Below are positions 16,400-23,198 of a stretch of DNA of 24,102 nucleotides, piece by piece. The DNA comes from Gaiellaceae bacterium (GTDB lineage Bacteria; Actinomycetota; Thermoleophilia; Gaiellales; Gaiellaceae): positions 1 through 24,102 of the forward strand of contig JBKJWJ010000294.1 of NCBI GenBank assembly GCA_046716905.1, read 5' to 3'. A model generated the notes under the pieces. That model ran no database searches. It was not told where the DNA came from and saw only the letters and a list, made by a program, of their open reading frames with translations. Numbering within the stretch: the first letter of the stretch is position 1; each line of letters begins with the position of its first letter. Position numbers and translations under genes: made by a program.

Positions 16400-17697
16400 G
16401 ACTCGGAAACCGTTCGGCCGGCGGCGACCGTCATTCGCACCTTGCCGGTGAGACGTTGTCCGAGGAGCCACGAGTTCGCCGAGCGCGACCGGAAGGCGTC
16501 TGCCTCCACGCGCCAGCCTGCGCGGGTGTCGAGCAGGACGAGGTTGGCGGGCTCGCCCACGGCGATCCGCGGGACCGGGAGCCCGAAGACCGACGCCGGC
16601 CCGGCCGACATCCGCTCGAGGAGCAGCTCGAGCTTGACGAGCCCGGGCTCTACGAGGTGCGTGTAGAGCGACGCGAACGCGGTCTCGAGCCCCGTGACTC
16701 CGAAAGGAGCGGCTTCGAACGGCACCTCCTTCTCGTGCCTCGCGTGTGGTGCGTGGTCGGTCGCGATCGCCTGGATCGTCCCGTCCCGGAGTCCCTCCAC
16801 GAGCGCGGCCCGGTCGTCGGTCGAGCGGAGCGGCGGGTTCATCTTCAGGTTCGAGTCGAGCGACCGGACAGCCTCGTCCGTCAGGCAGAGGTGATGCGGC
16901 GTGACCTCCGCGGTCGCCCGAACTCCAGCGGCGCGGGCGGCGCGCACTGCCTCGACCGACTCGCGTGCGGAGAGGTGCAGCAGGTGGACGGGGCGGCTTT
17001 CGTAGGCGGCGAGCGAGAGGTCCCGCTCGACCATCAGGCTCTCTGCGACCGACGGATAGCCGGTGAAGCCGAGCTCGGCAGACACGGCTCCCTCGTGCAT
17101 CTGCCCGCTGCGGGAGAGCGTCGGCTCCTCGCAGTGGACGGCAAGCGGACGATCCGTGACCGCGCCGTACTGGAGAGCCCGGCGCATCAGCCCCGGCGCG
17201 GTGACCGGGCGCCCGTCGTCGCTGAACCCGACCGCGCCGGAGTCGGCGAGCTCCGCCATCTCCGTCAGCTCGGCGCCGTCCTGCCCCTTCGTGATCGCCG
17301 CGAAGAACCCGACCGGAATCTTTCCTTCGGCTGCCGCAGTCTCGATCAGCGAGCCGAGGACGGCCGCCGAGTCGACGATCGGATCGGTGTTCGGCATCGC
17401 GAGCATCGCGCAGTAGCCGCCGGCGGCCGCGGCCTCGGTGCCGCTCGCAATCGTCTCCTCATCCTCCCGCCCAGGAGTCCGAAGGTGGACATGAGGATCG
17501 ACGAAGGCCGGCGCGAGCGTCAGCCCTTCCGCTTCGACGACTCGGTGGGAGTTCGGGTCGAGGCGGGAGCCGATCTCCGCGATCGTCCCGCCGTCCACTC
17601 GAACGTCGACGACGGCGTCCACCTTCGCGCGCGGATCGAGGACGCGCGCACCACGGACGATCAGGTTCTCTCCCGGTCCGGCCTTCGAGTACAGCAT
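16396..17697 (-). CDS. pyrC: Dihydroorotase (type I)
   Basis: DPHVHLRTPG, AMPNT, FSDDG, HCEE, KMNPPLR, ATDHAPH, GVTGLETA. Confidence 0.97.
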   Translation of the reverse strand: MLYSKAGPGENLIVRGARVLDPRAKVDAVVDVRVDGGTIAEIGSRLDPNSHRVVEAEGLTLAPAFVDPHVHLRTPGREDEETIASGTEAAAAGGYCAMLAMPNTDPIVDSAAVLGSLIETAAAEGKIPVGFFAAITKGQDGAELTEMAELADSGAVGFSDDGRPVTAPGLMRRALQYGAVTDRPLAVHCEEPTLSRSGQMHEGAVSAELGFTGYPSVAESLMVERDLSLAAYESRPVHLLHLSARESVEAVRAARAAGVRATAEVTPHHLCLTDEAVRSLDSNLKMNPPLRSTDDRAALVEGLRDGTIQAIATDHAPHARHEKEVPFEAAPFGVTGLETAFASLYTHLVEPGLVKLELLLERMSAGPASVFGLPVPRIAVGEPANLVLLDTRAGWRVEADAFRSRSANSWLLGQRLTGKVRMTVAAGRTVSES

Positions 17698-18693
17698 CTA
17701 CGCCACCTCCGTCAGCTGCGCGGCTTTGACGCCGACCGGGCCTGTCGTCAGCAGGTCGTAGAGGACGGCCATGCGCGTCACGAGCCCGGCGCGAACCTGG
17801 CTCTCGATCAGGGCGTCCGATGCGTCGGCCACGCGCGGGTCGATCTCGACGCCGCGGTTCATCGGACCCGGATGCATGACCTTCTGGCCCGCACGGAGCC
17901 GCTCGGGCGTCACGCCCCAGCGCGCGGTGTACTCGCGCAGGCTGGGAACGTAGTTGGCGCCCTCCTGCATCCGCTCTTGCTGCATGCGGAGGACGTAGAC
18001 GACGTCTGCCGCGCCGATCGTGTCGATGTCGGTCGAGGTTTCGCAGCCCATCGCCTCCACCCCACGCGGCAGGAGCGTCGGCGGACCGACGAGCGTTACC
18101 CGAGCACCGACCCGGTCGAGGGCCTGGATCAGCGAGCGAGCGACGCGCGAGTGCAATACGTCGCCGACGATCGCGACGTGGAGCCCGTCGAGGCGGCCGA
18201 ACTCGTCCTGGAGCGTGTAGAGGTCGAGCAGCGCCTGAGTCGGGTGCTGGTGCTTGCCGTCTCCCGCATTCACGACGTGTGCGTTCGTCACGCGAGCGAC
18301 GAAGTGCGCCGCGCCGATCTGCGGATGGCGGATGACGATGACGTCGGGGTCGTAGGCGCCGAGCGTCAGTGCCGTGTCCTTGAGGGACTCGCCCTTGTCC
18401 ACCGCCGACCCGGAGGCCTTGATCGACATCGTGTCTGCGGAGAGCCGCTTCGCCGCGAGCTCGAAGCTCGACGAGGTTCGGGTCGATGACTCGTAGAAGA
18501 CGTTGATGACGAGCCGGCCGCGAAGCGTCGGCAGCTTCTTCATCTCCCGTTCCAGCGAGCGGGAGAAGTTGCGGGCGGTGCCGAGCAGCCGCTCGATGTC
18601 GTCGCGCGACAGGTCCGCGACGGAGACGAGATGCCGGCGTTCGGTTGGCGGCGGCGGCAGCAGGTCGTCGCGCATGACGCGTAGGTCAGTCAT
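17698..18693 (-). CDS. pyrB: Aspartate carbamoyltransferase catalytic subunit
   Basis: FYESSTRTSSSFE, KGESLKDT, NAGDGKHQHPTQALLD, GDVLHSRVARS, LRMQQER, MHPGPMNRG. Confidence 0.98.
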   Translation of the reverse strand: MTDLRVMRDDLLPPPPTERRHLVSVADLSRDDIERLLGTARNFSRSLEREMKKLPTLRGRLVINVFYESSTRTSSSFELAAKRLSADTMSIKASGSAVDKGESLKDTALTLGAYDPDVIVIRHPQIGAAHFVARVTNAHVVNAGDGKHQHPTQALLDLYTLQDEFGRLDGLHVAIVGDVLHSRVARSLIQALDRVGARVTLVGPPTLLPRGVEAMGCETSTDIDTIGAADVVYVLRMQQERMQEGANYVPSLREYTARWGVTPERLRAGQKVMHPGPMNRGVEIDPRVADASDALIESQVRAGLVTRMAVLYDLLTTGPVGVKAAQLTEVA

Positions 18694-19273
18694 GGGCTTC
18701 CTCCGGGGCGGGGACGAGCAGGACTCGGTCGACTTCGTCGACCTCGACGAGCTGCACCTGGATCCGCTCGCCGCGGGAGGTCGGCAGGTTCTTGCCGACG
18801 TAGTCGGGACGGATGGGAAGCTCTCGGTGCCCGCGGTCGGCGAGGCAGGCGAGCTGTACGCGCGCGGGACGCCCGTAGTCGAAGAGGGCCTCGATCGCGG
18901 ACCGGATCGTGCGCCCCGTGTAGAGGACGTCGTCGACGAGCACGCACGTCATCCCTTCGAGGGGGAAGTCGAGTCGCGTCGAGCGCACGACCGGCTGAGC
19001 CTGCCTCGGCGGCTCGCCACCCCGCACCTGGACGTCGTCCCGGTAGAAGGTGATGTCGAGCGACCCGGTCCGAACCTCCTCGCCGCTGAACTCGTGCATC
19101 AGCCGGCGCAGTCGCTGCGCGATCGGGACACCTCGCGTGTGGATTCCGATTAGCGCGACCCGGTCGAGATCCGGGTTGCCCTCGATGATCTCGTGCGCGA
19201 TGCGTGTCAGCGTGCGAGCGATCGCGGACTCGTCCAGCAGGACTTTCTCGCTCGTCTGGGCAGGCAGCGTCAA
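18686..19273 (-). CDS. pyrR: Pyrimidine operon regulator/uracil phosphoribosyltransferase PyrR
   Basis: RTLTRIAHEIIE, GIHTRGV, LDITFYRDD, LVDDVLYTGRTIR, DRGHRELPIRPDYVGKN; TTG start with SD AAAGGAG. Confidence 0.98.
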   Translation of the reverse strand: MTLPAQTSEKVLLDESAIARTLTRIAHEIIEGNPDLDRVALIGIHTRGVPIAQRLRRLMHEFSGEEVRTGSLDITFYRDDVQVRGGEPPRQAQPVVRSTRLDFPLEGMTCVLVDDVLYTGRTIRSAIEALFDYGRPARVQLACLADRGHRELPIRPDYVGKNLPTSRGERIQVQLVEVDEVDRVLLVPAPEEAHD

Positions 19274-19280
19274 GCGCTCT

Positions 19281-19311
19281 CCTTTCCGGCCTCTCCGGAC
19301 CGAGTTAAAGG
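19281..19311 (-). ncRNA. PyrR-binding RNA loop (cis-regulatory)
   Basis: Minus strand CCUUU-AA-CUCGGUC-CGGAGA-GGCCGG-AAAGG: CCUUUAA 5' motif, CNGNGA hexaloop and GGUCCGGAGAGGCC matching the ARUCCNGNGAGGYU consensus. The 3' arm overlaps the pyrR SD. Confidence 0.9.
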
Positions 19312-19327
19312 ACGTAGAGCGAACGGG

Positions 19328-19333
19328 AGATTA
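19328..19333 (-). promoter_or_regulatory. Putative -10 (TAATCT) of the pyr operon promoter
   Basis: TANNNT 16 nt upstream of the PyrR loop, in the only sizeable intergenic gap before pyrR; no clear -35. Confidence 0.55.
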
Positions 19334-19357
19334 CAAGGGTGGCCGGACGGCGCCTGA

Positions 19358-20074
19358 TCAGGCCTTCGAGGCGACGACCACCAGGAGGTGCTGCTCGGCC
19401 TCGACCTGGTCCGGCAGCTCGCGGTCGGCTCGCACGAGGCCTTCGGCGTACTCATCCTCGTCGAGCAGCTGCAGCGTCGAGATGAACTTCCCGCGCACGC
19501 GCTCGAGCACCTGGCCCCGGTCCAGCGTCTTTCGCTGCTGAACCGGGATCGTCTGCGCGGCGAAGCCCGCTGCTTCGAGCTCCTGGTGGAGCGCCGATCT
19601 CGTCGGGAACCGCGCCCGGTCGATGTCTGCGAGTGAGGGGAAGTACGGGCTCAGGTAGTAGTCGTCGAACTGGGCGTGGTCGAACGTGGCGATTGCGAGC
19701 CGCCCGTCCGGGCCCACCACCCGCCCGAGCTCTGCGAACGCGCGCTGCCGGTCGAGGACGTGGACGGCGAGTACGAGCAATGCCCGTTCGAACCAGCCGT
19801 CCTTGAAGGGCAGTGCCTCGGCCCGGGCGACTTTCGCGTTGACACCGCGCTGCCGGGCCAACTCGACCATCTCCGGCGACGCATCGATCCCCCAGACGCG
19901 CGAGCCGCGCGCCGTGAGTGCCTCCGACCACCGCCCCGTTCCGCAACCGACGTCCAGAACCCGCCGGCCGAGCAGGTCGCCCTCGTCGGCAAGGAGCTCG
20001 AGGAGCTCCCACCAGTGGTCGTCTTGGGGCCGCAGGCGGTCGTACGCCGCCGCGACGCGGCCGAAGTCAGGCGT
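19358..20074 (-). CDS. Class I SAM-dependent methyltransferase
   Basis: FGRVAAAYDRLRP N-terminal motif, motif I VLDVGCGTG, WGIDASPEMV, AEALPFKDGWFE. No in-frame ATG/GTG/TTG near the expected start, so the start is placed at ACG 20074 by inference. Confidence 0.8.
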   Translation of the reverse strand, partial: TPDFGRVAAAYDRLRPQDDHWWELLELLADEGDLLGRRVLDVGCGTGRWSEALTARGSRVWGIDASPEMVELARQRGVNAKVARAEALPFKDGWFERALLVLAVHVLDRQRAFAELGRVVGPDGRLAIATFDHAQFDDYYLSPYFPSLADIDRARFPTRSALHQELEAAGFAAQTIPVQQRKTLDRGQVLERVRGKFISTLQLLDEDEYAEGLVRADRELPDQVEAEQHLLVVVASKA

Positions 20075-20297
20075 CGACGATGTCTTCGGGGTCGCTGAGG
20101 GACTCGATGGCGTGGAGCGCGGCGTCGAGCGACGCCTCGGGGACGAGGACCTTTTGCGGCGCGTCCTCCACCTCGCTCGGGTGGTGATCGATCGCGGGCT
20201 CGAGCTGCGTCTCGATTCCTGCGGCGCGAAGCATGGCCTCCAGCTCCTCCGCTTCCGTGACGTCGCCGGCAACGGCGACCTGCACCATCCGACTCAC
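20067..20297 (-). CDS. Small DUF2007-like (putative signal-transducing, PII-like fold) protein
   Basis: 76 aa with pattern V....EAE...MLRAAGIE..L....KVLVPE..LDAA; GTGA overlap with the rnz stop; GC3-rich codons. Confidence 0.7.
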   Translation of the reverse strand: MSRMVQVAVAGDVTEAEELEAMLRAAGIETQLEPAIDHHPSEVEDAPQKVLVPEASLDAALHAIESLSDPEDIVDA

Positions 20298-21304
20298 AGC
20301 GGGGCCTCCTCCGCCGTGGGGACGGCTTCCAGCCTCGGAGCCGGCTGCGCGTGCCTGTGCGTGGCTCCTCCCTTCACGAGCTCTGGCGCTCCTCGCTCCT
20401 GGAACGGGACGACGATGATATCGAGGTCGCGGGGGACGACGGTGTCCGGGAAGACGGCCTGTGCCTCCCGCTCGATCTCGCCGCCGAAGTAGCGGTTCGA
20501 GAGGTGCGTGAGCGCCAGGAGCCCGACCTCTGCGGCCTGCGCGACACCCGCCGCCTCGTGAGCCGTCGAGTGAAGCGTCTCGTGCGCGCGATCCCGCTCC
20601 TCTTCCGCAAAAGTGGCCTCGTGGACGAGGAGGTCCGCTCCCCGCGCCGCATCGACGACCGAGCGGGCGTACGCGGTGTCGGCGGCGATCACGAGCTTTC
20701 GCCCGGGCCGGGTCGGTCCCAGCACGGAGTCGGGCGTGATCACCTTTCCATCGGGCAGGGTGACCGACTCTCCGGCCTGGAGGGCTCCCCGCTCCGGCCC
20801 CTCGGGGATCCCGAGCACATCGGCCGCGCCCGCGTCGAAGCGACCGGGACGGGGGCGTTCGACGAGCGCGTACCCGATCGCGGAGACGCCGTGGTCGACC
20901 GCGAACGTGGCCAGCTGGTAGTCGCCCCGCTCCAGCACCTCCCCTGGTTCCAGCTCTCTGAGCTCGTAGCGGTAGGTGAGCCTCCCGAAGATCCGGCGGA
21001 GCGATGCGAAGAGATCAACGAGGCCCTTCGGCCCGTAGATCGTGATCGGCGTCTCACGCCCCCGGAGCGCGAACGTCTTCAGCATTCCCGGCAGACCCAG
21101 GTAGTGATCAGCGTGGTAGTGCGTGAGGAAGATCTCGCGGAGCTCGATCAGACCGACGTTCGAGCGCAGGAGCTGGCGCTGCGTCCCCTCCGCGCAGTCG
21201 AAGAGCAGCCGCTCCCCGCCCCTGCGGAGGAGCATTGCGCTCGGCGCCCGCTGGGCGGTCGGCATCGACCCCGACGTGCCGAGGAAGACGAGATCGAGGT
21301 CCAC
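20294..21304 (-). CDS. rnz: Ribonuclease Z
   Basis: FLGTSGSMPT, FDCAEGTQRQ, THYHADHYLGLPG, flexible arm GIPEGP, ADT, LVHEATF, HST, LTHLSNRY. Confidence 0.95.
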   Translation of the reverse strand: MDLDLVFLGTSGSMPTAQRAPSAMLLRRGGERLLFDCAEGTQRQLLRSNVGLIELREIFLTHYHADHYLGLPGMLKTFALRGRETPITIYGPKGLVDLFASLRRIFGRLTYRYELRELEPGEVLERGDYQLATFAVDHGVSAIGYALVERPRPGRFDAGAADVLGIPEGPERGALQAGESVTLPDGKVITPDSVLGPTRPGRKLVIAADTAYARSVVDAARGADLLVHEATFAEEERDRAHETLHSTAHEAAGVAQAAEVGLLALTHLSNRYFGGEIEREAQAVFPDTVVPRDLDIIVVPFQERGAPELVKGGATHRHAQPAPRLEAVPTAEEAPL

Positions 21305-21310
21305 GCGGAG

Positions 21311-21316
21311 AGTCTA
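21311..21316 (-). promoter_or_regulatory. Putative -10 (TAGACT) for a leaderless rnz transcript
   Basis: TAGACT-ctccgc-GTG: TANNNT 6 nt before the start codon; no SD. Confidence 0.65.
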
Positions 21317-21345
21317 GGAGGGCCGCCACCCCACCCTGGAGCCCT

Positions 21346-21588
21346 TTAGGGCAAGACGAGCGTCTGACCCGGCGTCAGCGCCGAGCCACCGAGGTCGTTC
21401 TTGCGCTGGATCGCCCAGACTCCCTGCCTCGGGTCGCCGCCATAGTGCGCGGAGGCAATCGACCACAGCGTGTCTCCGACCTGCACCTGGTAGGCCTTGC
21501 CCGAACCAGTCGCCTCGGACACGCGCGTCATGACGCTCCAGGCGAAGACCATGACCAGCACGGTGACGAATGCGATGCGTACGAACAT
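21346..21588 (-). CDS. Small membrane-anchored LysM protein, YneA/ChiZ-like SOS cell-division inhibitor candidate
   Basis: 80 aa: N-terminal hydrophobic helix plus LysM (YQVQVGDTLWSIA..IQRKNDL....LTPGQTLVLP); preceded by two LexA boxes. Confidence 0.85.
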   Translation of the reverse strand: MFVRIAFVTVLVMVFAWSVMTRVSEATGSGKAYQVQVGDTLWSIASAHYGGDPRQGVWAIQRKNDLGGSALTPGQTLVLP

Positions 21589-21595
21589 GTGTTCG
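21582..21595. promoter_or_regulatory. LexA (SOS) box 1, CGAAC-ATGT-GTTCG
   Basis: Perfect CGAAC-N4-GTTCG match to the Gram-positive/actinobacterial LexA consensus; overlaps the predicted TSS and the ATG. Confidence 0.9.
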
Positions 21596-21597
21596 CC

Positions 21598-21626
21598 ATG
21601 CTACAGAACATGTGTTCGCACGTCAA
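21598..21626 (-). promoter_or_regulatory. SigA-type promoter TTGACG-N17-TAGCAT for the LysM gene
   Basis: -35 at 21626-21621, exact 17-nt spacer, -10 at 21603-21598, 9 nt before ATG 21588. Confidence 0.85.
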
Positions 21627-22083
21627 GGAATCCGCCTGCGACCTCCAGGACGATCATCGAATGATGGGGCGAAGACCGGCGCTCGGTCGGGCTTCCGGGG
21701 TTCAAGACCCACGTTTCCCCGGCCTGGAACGCCTCGGGCAGGTGTGTGTGGCCGTAGACGACGGCGCCGCAGCCGGGAAAGGCCTGGACGAGTCGCTCGG
21801 CCCGACCGTGGGCCGGCCCTCCGTCGTGCACCATGCCGATCAAGATCCCGTCCGCCTCGACCACTCGGCGTTTCGGGAGCCGGGTGCCGAGGTCGGCGTC
21901 GTCCATGTTCCCCGCCACTCCCTGCACGGGCGCGAGCTCACCGAGCTCCTCGAAGACGGACAGGCCGACGAAGTCGCCCGCATGGAGGATGAGATCGGCC
22001 TCTCCGAGACGGCGAAGGCACTCCTCTGGAAGGCGCCTGGTGCCTCTCGGCATGTGCGTGTCGGAGAGGACCGCGAGCTTCAA
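21601..22083 (-). CDS. YfcE/MJ0936-family metallophosphoesterase
   Basis: TTG 22083 (MKLAVLSDTH); motifs SDTH, HAGD, GNMD, VHD, GHTH, NPGS; 160 aa. Confidence 0.9.
   Translation of the reverse strand: MKLAVLSDTHMPRGTRRLPEECLRRLGEADLILHAGDFVGLSVFEELGELAPVQGVAGNMDDADLGTRLPKRRVVEADGILIGMVHDGGPAHGRAERLVQAFPGCGAVVYGHTHLPEAFQAGETWVLNPGSPTERRSSPHHSMIVLEVAGGFLDVRTHVL
21605..21618. promoter_or_regulatory. LexA (SOS) box 2, AGAAC-ATGT-GTTCG
   Basis: One mismatch to consensus; lies in the -35/-10 spacer; shares the 13-mer gaacatgtgttcg with box 1 at a 23-bp period. Confidence 0.85.
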
Positions 22084-22085
22084 GC

Positions 22086-23198
22086 TCAGGAGGCGCCGTT
22101 CAGAAAAGCTCCATCGCGGTAGACGAGCTCGCCGTCTGCGTAGACCTCTCCCCCGTCCCGAAGGTCGCACACGATGTCCCAGTGCAACCCCGACGCGTTC
22201 TCCCCGCCGGTCCCCGGAACCGAGCGTCCGAGCGCCAGGTGAACGGTTCCGCCGATCTTCTCGTCGAGCAGCAGATTCCCCGTGTACTCGCTGATCGCGT
22301 GGTTCATCCCGAAGGCAAACTCGCCCGCTCGCTTCGCGCCGTCGTCGAGCGCGATCATCTCCCGGAGGAAATCCTGGCCGCGGGTCGCTGTCGCCTCGAC
22401 GACCTCCCCGCCCTCGAAGCGAAGCTGGACGCCTTCCGCCTGCCGCCCGCGCATCATCGCCGGGAAGGTGAAACGGATCGTGCCTTCGACGCTCGTCTCG
22501 ACTGGCCCGGTGAAGACCTCGCCGTCGGGAAAGTTGCGCAACCCCTTGGAGCGAATCCAGGTCCTGCCCTCGACTCCGAGCGTCAGGTCTGTGTCCTCGC
22601 CGACAATCCGAAGCTCCTTGACCTCGTCGAGGAACGACCCGACCTCTTCGAGCCGGTCGCCGAAGCCTTTCCAGGCTGCCACGGGATCGTCCTTGTCCAG
22701 GAACGCCGCCCGGTAGAGCACGTCCTCGTACTGGCGCAGCGAGAGGCCCGCGTCCTGTGCGGCGGACTCGGTTGGATACCCGCAGATCACCCAGCGAAAG
22801 TCACCGGCAGCCGAACGTTCCAGGTACCTCGATTGGATGGGCGCGCGAGCCTTGAGGCGGGCGCTCATCCTCCCCGGCTCGACACCGCTCAGGCGCTTGG
22901 TGTTGACGGGCGCATCGATCACCATCCAGACATCGCCTCGGTCGACCTTCCATTCGAGATCGGGCGCGATCCACTCGAGCTGCGCGTCGCTTCCTTCGCG
23001 AAGAAGCGTCTCCTCGGCCTCGTCGAGGCCCAGGTTCGCCTGCGGGTGGCCGCCGGCCTTGAGCGCTGCGCCGTAGAGCTCCCGGACGAGCGGCGAAGCG
23101 GATCCCGCGGCCTCGATGAGCACCTTGTCGCCAGAGGCGACCGCGGTCGAGTAGCCGACGAGAACCTCGGCGAGCCTGCGGTGCCGTGGGTCAAGCAC
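22086..23198 (-). CDS. Aminopeptidase, peptidase family M29 (AmpS/AmpT-like)
   Basis: NFPDGEVFTGP, GEFAFGMN, LLDEKIGGTVHLALG, SGLHWDIV metal-ligand motifs; GTG start overlaps the upstream paralog stop by 8 nt. Confidence 0.93.
   Translation of the reverse strand: MLDPRHRRLAEVLVGYSTAVASGDKVLIEAAGSASPLVRELYGAALKAGGHPQANLGLDEAEETLLREGSDAQLEWIAPDLEWKVDRGDVWMVIDAPVNTKRLSGVEPGRMSARLKARAPIQSRYLERSAAGDFRWVICGYPTESAAQDAGLSLRQYEDVLYRAAFLDKDDPVAAWKGFGDRLEEVGSFLDEVKELRIVGEDTDLTLGVEGRTWIRSKGLRNFPDGEVFTGPVETSVEGTIRFTFPAMMRGRQAEGVQLRFEGGEVVEATATRGQDFLREMIALDDGAKRAGEFAFGMNHAISEYTGNLLLDEKIGGTVHLALGRSVPGTGGENASGLHWDIVCDLRDGGEVYADGELVYRDGAFLNGAS

Noticed and set aside
20064-20074. prfB-like +1 programmed frameshift (GCC UGA C) fusing the DUF2007-like protein to the methyltransferase
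   Set aside because: UGA-C context and the +1 frame fit, but GCC cannot re-pair at CCU and there is no internal SD upstream; a start-codon explanation is simpler.
21317-21345. G-rich stretch or hairpin after the LysM gene as a terminator or G-quadruplex
   Set aside because: Only a 5-bp stem with a long loop, no U-tract, and only three GGG runs; unremarkable at this GC content.
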